Assembly (NCBI GenBank): GCA_965218425.1 | Contig: OZ244621.1 | Location: forward strand, 1,152,001-1,216,000 | Direction: 5' to 3' | DNA length: 64,000 nt | From: an uncultured Candidatus Binatia bacterium | GTDB taxonomy: Bacteria > Desulfobacterota > Binatia > UBA9968 > CAXXLF01 | Shown: positions 49,148 through 57,839 of the stretch, piece by piece | How positions within the stretch are numbered: the first letter of the stretch is position 1 | Layout of the letters: each line of letters begins with the position of its first letter | Notes under the pieces: generated by a model | Told to the model about the DNA's origin: nothing | Seen by the model: only the letters and a program-made list of their open reading frames with translations | Database searches by the model: none | Program-made: the position numbers and the translations under genes

Positions 49148-50647
49148 ATGACCATGGACAAATTTTATTTCGGACGAGATGAACGAGCTTTCATGTTCCG
49201 CGTGATAGAAAAAGGAATGCTGCAAAAGCCAGGCCAAGCTCCACAATGGTGGGTTGTACGCCTCGCCTTGGCAAAATCTTTACAATTCGAAGAGCCTCCC
49301 AACGATGATAAGTTTGCGCCGCCACCGCATGTCCAAGGCGGAAGCGAGTTGCACCTTGATCAGATTACCGGAAAAGATAAGGGCGGATTGGAAGATTATA
49401 CACGCGCGTTGAAGCTTTTGCTGTCGGCACGTCATGGTGCCGACCTTATAAGCAATGATGCACTTTTTGAAGAGACACTACACAGACATATACGCAGAGG
49501 TCTTCATGAAATAAAAATTTCGTGGCGTGAAAATTCTGATTTCTTTGATTATTTGTATCAAGATTTGTTCTTTGAGAAGTTTACAAACGAATCCGGTGAG
49601 ACAAGCCTCGGCGATATATCAAATGAAGACCTGACTTTAGCACTGCATAAGATAGGGGTACGCGTTGAGGTTGAACAAAAACTTGATGGCCCAAGATTGT
49701 CGCGCTTCAGACTTGTTTTATCCGGTGTCGACGATTACGACAAACTACGAAGAAACATCGACGATCTCAACTTTATTCTTGGTCTGAGTGCTAACAGCAT
49801 ATCGTTTGAATTGGGTGGGGGCGAACGCAGGATTGTCTTGGACATCCCGCGACCAATGTCCATCTGGCACTACATAAAATGGGCTGAGGCTCAGAAGGCT
49901 CTTCAGGAAACGTCCTACCGCTTGCCTGTCTGTTCGGCTACCGACGTTCTGGGCGTTCCCATTTCTTTTGATTTGGCCTCCGCGCCCCATCTCTTGATAG
50001 GCGGCACCACTGGTAGCGGGAAAAGCATCTGTGTCCACGCGATCATATTGTCGCTGATTGTGTGCGTTGAGCGCCCGGAGTTGGTTCTCGTTGACCCGAA
50101 GGCTGTCGAGTTGACGGCGTATACGAACTACGGAAATCTGAGAGGAGGCCGTGTCATTACAGATATGGCTGATGCGAGGGCTGTTTTTCAAGAACTTGTG
50201 AAGACGATGGACCAAAGGCAAAAGGACTATATGTCTATCGGCGTGCGCGACATCGACGAAGCTCGGAAAAAGGGTAGCGATGACCGCAGCATTGTGGTGG
50301 TCGTCGACGAACTGGCAGACCTTGTCCTAGGAAACCCAGAGGTTGTCGGTCCACTTGTCCGTCTTGCCCAAAAGGCGCGCGCTTTTGGCATTCATTTAGT
50401 GTTGGCCACACAGCGCCCAGAGGCAGGAACATTTCCCGGCCTGTTACGGTCCAACATACCAAGCCGTATCGCGCTGACTGTCCAGAAAAATTCCGAGTCA
50501 CGGATCATCCTGGATGAGGGAGGCGCGGAGAACCTGCTCATGCGGGGCGACATGCTTGTACGCATGGTCGGTCAGAAGACAATCCGCGCGCATGGCGTCA
50601 GCGTGTCGCAGTCGGATATCGAAAGGGTTCTTGCCGAACATGGCTAA
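49148..50647 (+). CDS. DndE-like domain fused to FtsK/SpoIIIE ATPase
   Basis: N-terminal WVVRLALAKSL..GSEL..QITG..HIRRGL (DndE-like); C-terminal PHLLIGGTTGSGKS, VDELADL, ARAFGIHLVLATQRP; no TM or gamma domain. Confidence 0.8.
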   Translation: MTMDKFYFGRDERAFMFRVIEKGMLQKPGQAPQWWVVRLALAKSLQFEEPPNDDKFAPPPHVQGGSELHLDQITGKDKGGLEDYTRALKLLLSARHGADLISNDALFEETLHRHIRRGLHEIKISWRENSDFFDYLYQDLFFEKFTNESGETSLGDISNEDLTLALHKIGVRVEVEQKLDGPRLSRFRLVLSGVDDYDKLRRNIDDLNFILGLSANSISFELGGGERRIVLDIPRPMSIWHYIKWAEAQKALQETSYRLPVCSATDVLGVPISFDLASAPHLLIGGTTGSGKSICVHAIILSLIVCVERPELVLVDPKAVELTAYTNYGNLRGGRVITDMADARAVFQELVKTMDQRQKDYMSIGVRDIDEARKKGSDDRSIVVVVDELADLVLGNPEVVGPLVRLAQKARAFGIHLVLATQRPEAGTFPGLLRSNIPSRIALTVQKNSESRIILDEGGAENLLMRGDMLVRMVGQKTIRAHGVSVSQSDIERVLAEHG

Positions 50648-51815
50648 CGAAGAGCGCAATATCCACATCCGCGACTTCCGTCTGGTTAAGCTCACACTCG
50701 TAGATGTTGGCCCATTTCGGGAGTATTATGAAATAGACTTTACTGGCGCACCGCTATCCACAGGTGCCGAGAAGGGCAGTGAAACCGCGTGCGAACCAGC
50801 AAATTTTTTCTTGTTACTTAGCAAGAATGGTTTCGGCAAAACCACGGCCCTTGAGGTGATCACGCTACTTTTTGATCTGCTCGGCAAATCTGAAGCTTCC
50901 CGTTTTGGCCATTACGACCTCGATGATGGCACGGGTAAGATACAGGCAGATTTTCGTGCTAACTGGTCTATCGACGACTCGCGCTCACCCGTCCTTCTTT
51001 CGATCTGGGCGGGAAGCGAAGGACCCGTTTATGTTTGGACCAAAAGTGATATCGAGTCTGTTGCGAATGCCTCTGAGTGGGCCAAGGTAGGCTTTGTACG
51101 TTCGCGATCATCAGACCGGATAGAGCTTGGGCCAGGAACAAACGAACTTGGCAAGATCCTCGCAACGGCTATCCGGCACGCGGTCGGCACACCGCCGCCA
51201 GCGCTGTTCGGAGAGGGTTTTGATCTGCCGACAGTGCTCTTCTTTCCAGCCGACCGCGCCGTAAGGCGCCCGCCACTTGCGGGCCGTGCAGTGTCGAGGC
51301 CGGAGCACTGGGGATATCGACCGTCCTTTCGGTTTGAAGTCGACGGGACTGAGTGGGCGAACTCCCTTGACAATTTGTTGGTTTGGCTCTCGTGGCTGGC
51401 GGACGACAGAGACCGTGTCTTGCGAGAATACGTTGAGAAAACCGTATTTATGGATGGCAGAAAAGGATTACTGGAAGTAGACCGTGAGCGACTATCCGCC
51501 AATGTCAAGACACCCGACGGGGTACATCCGCTCTACAACCTCAGCCACGGTGAAAGGCAGGTGTTGCAACTTCTTGTACGCACACCGGTCCACATGACGA
51601 ACAGCACGATTTTGCTGATCGATGAAGTCGAAATGCACCTGCATCCAAAGTGGCGGGTCACACTATTGGAAACGCTCAAAGTGCTTGTCAAAGATTTTGA
51701 GGGCCTTTCAGTAATTGTGACAACCCATGAGCGCGAACTCATACAGGTGTTTCAACATGAAGTGCCCGAAGAGGGCTTAGTGAAAGGTGGATTCTTGATC
51801 GAGCAGGACTTGTAA
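50640..51815 (+). CDS. ABC-type AAA_21/AAA_15 ATPase (AriA/OLD-like)
   Basis: KNGFGKT, LSHGERQ, LLIDEVEMHLHP, TTH; overlaps upstream stop. Confidence 0.88.
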   Translation: MANEERNIHIRDFRLVKLTLVDVGPFREYYEIDFTGAPLSTGAEKGSETACEPANFFLLLSKNGFGKTTALEVITLLFDLLGKSEASRFGHYDLDDGTGKIQADFRANWSIDDSRSPVLLSIWAGSEGPVYVWTKSDIESVANASEWAKVGFVRSRSSDRIELGPGTNELGKILATAIRHAVGTPPPALFGEGFDLPTVLFFPADRAVRRPPLAGRAVSRPEHWGYRPSFRFEVDGTEWANSLDNLLVWLSWLADDRDRVLREYVEKTVFMDGRKGLLEVDRERLSANVKTPDGVHPLYNLSHGERQVLQLLVRTPVHMTNSTILLIDEVEMHLHPKWRVTLLETLKVLVKDFEGLSVIVTTHERELIQVFQHEVPEEGLVKGGFLIEQDL

Positions 51816-52690
51816 TGCCGAACTTAAGAGAGCTGGGGGACAGCAATGCTGTTGATAATAAGTATGTCGACCGGATCGTGTTTTATGTAGAAGGTGAGGA
51901 TGATAAAAGTCTTCTGACTGTCTACTTGTTGAAGCATTACGTCTCTAAAGTTGAAGTCAAAACGCCATCAGCATTGGGAAGCGGTTACCTGGGGGTAATT
52001 CAACGGGTTAGCCAAGAGCGAGGTATGAACGGAAAAATCTTCGGCATAGTCGATGGTGAAGCGCTTTTGCCCTTGGGGCATGTTTCGATATACAAAGAGA
52101 TGTTTGGAGGATGGAATTGGATCACCCTTCCTAAATTTGACGGCATTTACTTTATTCCGTGTTGGGAGATAGAAAACCTTCTCTATATTAGAGATATTTT
52201 GCCACAGACGCTTATTGCCCTTCAGCCTGTATCGAAGCTCTCGCGTTTGACTGAAAGATCTGTCGAAAACATCATCCTGACGGAGGCATTCCGACTTTCA
52301 GAGTTATCTTCGTTGAATTTAGCACTTTTAGCAGAGTCGTATGATACAATAAGAGCAGAAACAAAATCGAACATTGAGAAAAGACATGATTTACTTACGG
52401 AAATTGGGACGACGATCGCCTCGTTAGATAAGGCTCACTTAGTGAAAAATGGGTATGATAATTGGAGGCAATTTTTTCGCGAGCTCCTTCGAGGGAGCCG
52501 AACACGAGACAAAATATACGATGAATTTATTAGTCGTGTTGACGGGAAGGCATTATCTATAAGATTGAGTAAAAAATTAAATGTTCAACCCGACATTCGT
52601 TCAACACTCGCGTACAATTTTTCCAATAATAAGAAAACAATGAAAATTATTGACGCGCTATTGGAAACGGTCAATCGGCGCGTTCCGTGA
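51815..52690 (+). CDS. DUF4435/TOPRIM-like protein (AriB-like)
   Basis: FYVEGEDD, GIVDGE, WEIENLL; TAATG coupling to ATPase. Confidence 0.72.
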   Translation: MPNLRELGDSNAVDNKYVDRIVFYVEGEDDKSLLTVYLLKHYVSKVEVKTPSALGSGYLGVIQRVSQERGMNGKIFGIVDGEALLPLGHVSIYKEMFGGWNWITLPKFDGIYFIPCWEIENLLYIRDILPQTLIALQPVSKLSRLTERSVENIILTEAFRLSELSSLNLALLAESYDTIRAETKSNIEKRHDLLTEIGTTIASLDKAHLVKNGYDNWRQFFRELLRGSRTRDKIYDEFISRVDGKALSIRLSKKLNVQPDIRSTLAYNFSNNKKTMKIIDALLETVNRRVP

Positions 52691-52902
52691 ATTGTGGCTA
52701 ATCATCTGAAATTGAAGTATGCTTCAATAATCGTTACGCAAGCCGTTGCTCGTATTAACCTAAATTTTGCAGTTGATGCTGGTGCACAGCTATCGTTTGG
52801 AGGGTTTTTCAACCAGTTGGTGCAGTCTGAAGGGGCGTGAGCCATCGCTGTCGACCCGGTTGTCGACCTCCGGGATATTCTTTAACGCTTCGATCAGGAA
52901 TT

Positions 52903-53014
52903 AGTGTCGGGCACACTTTTTTGCTATTCTGGGTTTCCTTCCCTTTCGGATTCCAGCTTGAATTGTACCAATTCTCTCTTGCAATGTCCTGTCCATTTGG
53001 ACGCGGTGTTCTAA
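52903..53014 (-). repeat. Module A copy 7 (right part)
   Basis: Core TTCCCTTTCGGATTCC; same break GGACGCGGT|GTTCTAA as copy 8. Confidence 0.8.
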
Positions 53015-53232
53015 TTGGCCCTCTCCGACAGAAAGAACATTACCGTGAGGCGGCAATTAGCTACCCCAAGCAAACGGGCCGGCCGTCCCGCGAGACTGTG
53101 CCGTTATTCCAATCACTTGACACTGGGGTAAGTGCAGAATCGTGGCAACACGTAACTGCAATCTGGACGGGCCGGAGATCCGAAAGCTAGTTTCACGACG
53201 TGGAGGCTAGGCTGCCTCACAGTGTTTAGGCT

Positions 53233-54324
53233 TTATCGATTAGCATTCCGAAGTTCGCGATGAATGATCCGGTGACAGTTTGCGCATAGGCACATCAGGT
53301 CTTGCAGTTGCGTATTGTGTCCGGGCGGCATGTCGGCTAACGGAAGTTTGTGATGCACATCGATGCACGCATCACCGATATCGATCCCATAGACTTCTGC
53401 CGGATCTAGTCCGCAGCGTTCGCATAGCAATCGGCCGTGTTCACTTATGAACGCCGCCTTTTTTGCCGGTGCAAGCCCCCATCCCCGCTCGCGTTGAAGG
53501 TGGATTACATACTTCGGGTGCCCTTCGATCCAATCGCGTTCGTCCGGGTTTGGCGGTACTTCAACGGGTTGGACCGGCCCGTCCTTCGGGACGATCCGGT
53601 ATCCGGCGGCGGTGATCGCTTTGAAGCAGGGGGTTCCGATGCCACCCACAAAGTGATACGGCAAAACCTCGAAGCCGAGAGCTTCGGACACCGCTAGACC
53701 GAACACGGCCTTAGGTGCAAGGCGCGACCCGTCCTCGGTAATAACGTCATAGTCAGTGGATTCACCGAACGAATGCTCGCCTGAACCGAAAAGAAGCCGT
53801 TGCACCGCACGCCAGATGTGTTCGGCAGATACCGGCTGCAACTCTGCAGCCCGTAGCCTTTTGCGTCGGTTTGAGGCTGCGCCAGTCTCGCCCCAGCCTG
53901 CAATCCGGGCGATCCGCTCGCCGGGGGGATTTCCGGTAAATGCGAAACGAAGCCTTTTTGTGGAATTTCCACGGTTGTTTCGGTTGTTCGGATCACGACC
54001 GACCGCAGCCATTCTGTTCGAGAATCTGGTGAACAATTCAGACGGCGAAACCTGAGTGTCTTCGGGAAGGAGTATTTTTCTTTCCTCCATTGGCAAATTT
54101 TGGACACGACTGCTGTCTACCCACACTCCGACCAACGTCAGGTCCGATTGATCGATTCGCTCGAGAAGAATACGCAGTGCCTCACCATATTTAGTGTTTT
54201 GTGCGTTGGTGGTGTCTTTGGTTCCGCCGCGCGAATGCAAAATTAGTTTTCCTTCCTGTACTTCGAAATGAGCATCCATTGGAGTACCGGAATCATTGTG
54301 GAATTTGTATAAGGTTACCGACAC
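53233..54324 (-). CDS. McrA-like HNH endonuclease with N-terminal accessory domains
   Basis: EG...H..RER; CERC...IDVHH...CLCANCHRIIH; middle YDV...APKAVFGLA...FVGG (ScoMcrA head-like). Confidence 0.85.
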   Translation of the reverse strand: MSVTLYKFHNDSGTPMDAHFEVQEGKLILHSRGGTKDTTNAQNTKYGEALRILLERIDQSDLTLVGVWVDSSRVQNLPMEERKILLPEDTQVSPSELFTRFSNRMAAVGRDPNNRNNRGNSTKRLRFAFTGNPPGERIARIAGWGETGAASNRRKRLRAAELQPVSAEHIWRAVQRLLFGSGEHSFGESTDYDVITEDGSRLAPKAVFGLAVSEALGFEVLPYHFVGGIGTPCFKAITAAGYRIVPKDGPVQPVEVPPNPDERDWIEGHPKYVIHLQRERGWGLAPAKKAAFISEHGRLLCERCGLDPAEVYGIDIGDACIDVHHKLPLADMPPGHNTQLQDLMCLCANCHRIIHRELRNANR

Positions 54325-54480
54325 AACCGGATCCTATCGTGTTTGTTGTCTGCGTCCCAGGCCTCGTGCATCATGAGCTGGGCCCGCGACAGCGCATTAC
54401 CGCCGCCTACATTGACCCGGTCGGCCAATGAGACTCCAGTGATCTGCGTCATCACGCCCTCGATCGCGCATCGACCGGGC
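54325..54480 (-). pseudogene. Fragment of helical-repeat hypothetical protein
   Basis: ALSRAQLMMHEAWDA...RIRL truncated at the HNH gene. Confidence 0.35.
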
Positions 54481-54680
54481 AAATGCAGAGGTGGCGTGGG
54501 GGCATGCGGCGCAGCATTCTTTGTACTGACGAGCAGCGGTTTTTTGCCGTTCTTACGGCAGTTCTTGCTGATACGCATAGGTGGAATACCAAGGGTGCTT
54601 CAAGGGGTGGTAGTTTAGCAAATTCCGCCTCGGATCGCTTGTGGTTTTTTTCGTCCTCTCGAGCGAAATTGGAGCCGATG

Positions 54681-54990
54681 TTGTGGGGGTCAGACCTTGA
54701 CATTTGACATGATTCATCTCGCCTTCTCAAAAGTTATTGAGGGAGCACTAAAGCTCTCCCGCCACTGTCGCCCCCCAGGTTGCACTGTCCCGACACCACG
54801 AGGTGGCGGCTGCTGCAATATGCGTCAAGACCCCGTCGCATGACGTGGAGCGGCTCGGCCATGTCGTCTTTTGAAACCGGAGTCATGCCCGCCTTTTTGC
54901 TATTCTAGGTTTCCTTCCCTTTCGGATTCCCGCTTGTATCGTGCCGATTCTCTCTTGCAATGTCCTGTCCATTTGGACGCGGTGTTCTAA
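54681..54990. repeat. Module B copy 3 plus module A copy 8; direct repeat of 41570-41871
   Basis: About 300 bp colinear match. Confidence 0.88.
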
Positions 54991-55035
54991 CCAGCGCAAC
55001 CCACGGCTCATCACTCCGTCATCACGGCTTGAATA

Positions 55036-55197
55036 TCGGCGTAGGCGGACGGAAATAATTGGATATAGGCCGGAAACCGGCCGGATTTTCCGGGGCATTT
55101 AGGGCTCGAAAAAGGGCCCTGCAAGGGCCGTTAAATCGGGGCGGGCGGCGCCTCATGAATCCCCCCTCATTGGAACGCGACCACCGTGAGTAGAAGG
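55036..55197. repeat. Module D copy
   Basis: TCGGCGTAGGCGGACGGAAATAATTG start like 32622 and 38064; remainder matches 20550-20675. Confidence 0.75.
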
Positions 55198-55277
55198 AGT
55201 TACGTCTTGTGTGGTCGATAACGTGTTTCGATTATTTCTACGGTCATGGCTCTACCTCTCGGAGTCGAATTTGATGG

Positions 55278-55387
55278 TGCACTGTTGCAAAGTTGCTTTG
55301 GAGGTGTTTTCGGTGTCTGTAAGTCATCGATTCTGTGATACCTGATTTTCGGTTTTTACCTGGAAAACCCAACTTTGCGGCAGTGCC
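55278..55387. mobile_element. 110-bp MITE with IS26/IS6-like terminal inverted repeats
   Basis: TGCACTGTTGCAAAGTTG ... CAACTTTGCGGCAGTGCC (15/18). Confidence 0.7.
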
Positions 55388-55556
55388 CCGCACGTTCCCT
55401 CTTTTCCCTGGTCATCAGGAAGTCTCGGTACGATCCACCCACTAAAACGAACGCCGGTTGATCCAAGTCGATGCTTCTATTTCCGTCCGCCATCGGTTAT
55501 AACCATGACGGTAAAAGAGGACACATCGAAAACCTGTCAGGTTCACGGGAGACGCT

Positions 55557-55970
55557 ATGGTCTTCTTCGGGATCAATGTATTCGCCGTCTTAACCGGCGC
55601 TGTTGCGAGCATGGCCGCCGGGTTCGTGTGGTACGCGGTTTTGTTTACGCAGCCATATCTCAAAGAGCTTGGAAAGTCTCCCGAAGAGCTGGCCGAAGGG
55701 CCAAGCATGCTCGCCGCTTCGTCGCTTCAGTTTCTGGGATGCATTGCGATAGCGGCCACGCTGGCATGGCTAATGTCCCGCACGGGAATGCAGAGTGTCA
55801 GCCAGGGAGCGGCTCTGGCGGTTCTGGTCTGGCTCGGCTTCGTCGCGGCGGTTGTAGGCCCCATGTATGCCTACCAGGCGTTCTCATTGAAATTATTCGG
55901 CATCGTCAGCGGAAACATGCTCGTGATCCTGGTGATCTCCGGGGCAATCATAGGGGCGTGGAAAACTTAA
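55557..55970 (+). CDS. DUF1761 family membrane protein
   Basis: IN.FAV...GFVWY..LF..; four TM helices. Confidence 0.8.
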   Translation: MVFFGINVFAVLTGAVASMAAGFVWYAVLFTQPYLKELGKSPEELAEGPSMLAASSLQFLGCIAIAATLAWLMSRTGMQSVSQGAALAVLVWLGFVAAVVGPMYAYQAFSLKLFGIVSGNMLVILVISGAIIGAWKT

Positions 55971-56111
55971 CCGTTCGTTCACCGACTCGATCGGACGAAT
56001 CCGGCGATTGAGACTCGTCCTCCCCGCAGGCAGGGATGCGCGGCGAGAGACGGAACCGCCGACTTGTGCAATCCGGTATGTAATCCCCCGTTTTTTGTGT
56101 ATTATCTCAGC

Positions 56112-56618
56112 ATGTGTTTCTTGGGAAGCTTCTTTTTTCTGTTGGTCATCCCTCTTGCTCAGGGAATGAACTTGCAAGGTAAAGACGACATCGCCGAGAA
56201 AAGTCCTTTCATCTCCGGTCTTTTGCCTTTAAGGCCGACTTCCGCGCTTGTGTCTCAAGCGGCCGGTGCAAGGAAACAGGGGGTAGAAACCCCTGTCGAA
56301 AAACCGGAAGATGCTGCCGTATCTCAAGAGCCTTGGTACGAGATGATGACGCAGGGAATCATCCTGGCTTTTCATGAGTGGCCTGATGAACGGGAAAAAA
56401 CCTTGATCTTGCAGGCAACGGAAAAAGCGGGTCTGAAAAAATCGAAAGAAGAGCTTCCTTATACCAAAGTGTGGTTTTTCAGATGGACCGACAATGAATT
56501 GCGACATGTGATAGAGGCTCATATGACCTGTGTGAGAATCTCTAAGATTTTTTCCTTGAGATACTGTAGGCCGGAACGCATGCCCAGGCCTAGAGATATC
56601 GGGCCGACACCTCGATGA
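56112..56618 (+). CDS. Secreted hypothetical protein
   Basis: Hydrophobic N-terminus; no recognisable family. Confidence 0.5.
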   Translation: MCFLGSFFFLLVIPLAQGMNLQGKDDIAEKSPFISGLLPLRPTSALVSQAAGARKQGVETPVEKPEDAAVSQEPWYEMMTQGIILAFHEWPDEREKTLILQATEKAGLKKSKEELPYTKVWFFRWTDNELRHVIEAHMTCVRISKIFSLRYCRPERMPRPRDIGPTPR

Positions 56619-56705
56619 AAGTCCCATCATAAGACGTTTTCCTGCGATATTTATACATATCGACGCACATGCCGTCCCGACGTTAATCCGATAAAGGGGC
56701 GGTCC

Positions 56706-57788
56706 TTACGAGAAGCCGTACAGGCGTTTGGGATTATCGGCCAGGATCATCCGGATCGTGCTTTCGCTCAGGTCGCCGCGACTCTCCAGATCTTGAGCCA
56801 GGCGGTCTTCCCGGAACGCATCGCCGTGGGGAAAATCGGTCGCGGTTACGAGAAAATCGTCACCCAGCTTGTTCGTCACGTAGGCAAGGTCTTCTTTCGG
56901 AAGACAGCCGACGAACACGCGGTCTCCGAGCAACTCTTTCGCCCTGTTCTTCCTTTGCAGTCCCGACACGATACTCACGGTCCAATCACAACCAGCCTCG
57001 AGAAAGGCCACGCGCAACCTGGGGAACTCGTCGAGCAGGTCGGACTCGAGGATCTGCGTGAATCCGTATTTCACGTAAGGGCCGCTCACAAGGCCTTTTC
57101 CCAGCGGGTGAACGAAGGGGAAGGTCCGGGGCCCCGGTCGAGGCATGCCTTCGAACATCCGCGAGATGGTGGGGCTGCTCCCGTTCCCGGTGTGGACGGT
57201 GACGGGGATATCCTGACGTTCGGCCTCTTCATAGATCGCATAAAAGGACGGATGGGTTATGGGTATGTCCCACTCGATGCCGTGAACGAAAATGCCTGCA
57301 ACGGAGCCGCGCCGCTTGAGCTGCTTCAATTCCTCGATTGCCAGGTCGGGCCTCCTCCAGGGAAGAACGGCCGCAAACCAAAGCCGTCCGCCCGATTGGT
57401 TGCACCGGTCGGCCATGAACCGGTTGTAGCTTCTGGCCAGTGCGGCTTCCAATTCCACGTTCTCGCTCGGGCAACCCAACCAGAGAGAAGGGAAGATCAC
57501 CTGCTTTTCAACACCGAGGGTGTCGAGAAATCCCAATCTCCCCTGGACGTCGTTCAACTCTTGAACGGGGATCGGAACCCCTTTTTCCGACGCTTGCTTC
57601 ATCAGAGTCGGGGTTGCGGCGTAAAGGCGCAGTTTATAATCGATAACCCAGGCGGCGTTTTGCCCCCCAAAGCAGGTGTCTTCGGGCAGTTGAATCGGCA
57701 GGGGCCGGTAAGGGTAAAACTCGGGCTCGAGGAATTGCCAGGTTTCAACGCTCTCTTCAACGTGGGCGTCGGAGTCGATGATCATCAT
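56706..57788 (-). CDS. Amidohydrolase_2 family protein
   Basis: IDSDAHVEE, VHTG, FLEAG, TDFPHGD. Confidence 0.9.
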   Translation of the reverse strand: MMIIDSDAHVEESVETWQFLEPEFYPYRPLPIQLPEDTCFGGQNAAWVIDYKLRLYAATPTLMKQASEKGVPIPVQELNDVQGRLGFLDTLGVEKQVIFPSLWLGCPSENVELEAALARSYNRFMADRCNQSGGRLWFAAVLPWRRPDLAIEELKQLKRRGSVAGIFVHGIEWDIPITHPSFYAIYEEAERQDIPVTVHTGNGSSPTISRMFEGMPRPGPRTFPFVHPLGKGLVSGPYVKYGFTQILESDLLDEFPRLRVAFLEAGCDWTVSIVSGLQRKNRAKELLGDRVFVGCLPKEDLAYVTNKLGDDFLVTATDFPHGDAFREDRLAQDLESRGDLSESTIRMILADNPKRLYGFS

Positions 57789-57839
57789 GGGGCTGCCTCC
57801 GTAATCCTGCTTAACCGACTATGGCCTCGGACAATGGGG

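Noticed and set aside
49148..50647. Cell-division FtsK or conjugative coupling protein
   Set aside because: No TM or gamma domain, no relaxase or T4SS genes; embedded in the dnd operon
25517..55387. CRISPR array or integron attC array
   Set aside because: Repeats are long, irregularly spaced and in mixed orientation; no cas or intI gene and no attC-type RYYYAAC/GTTRRRY pairs recognised
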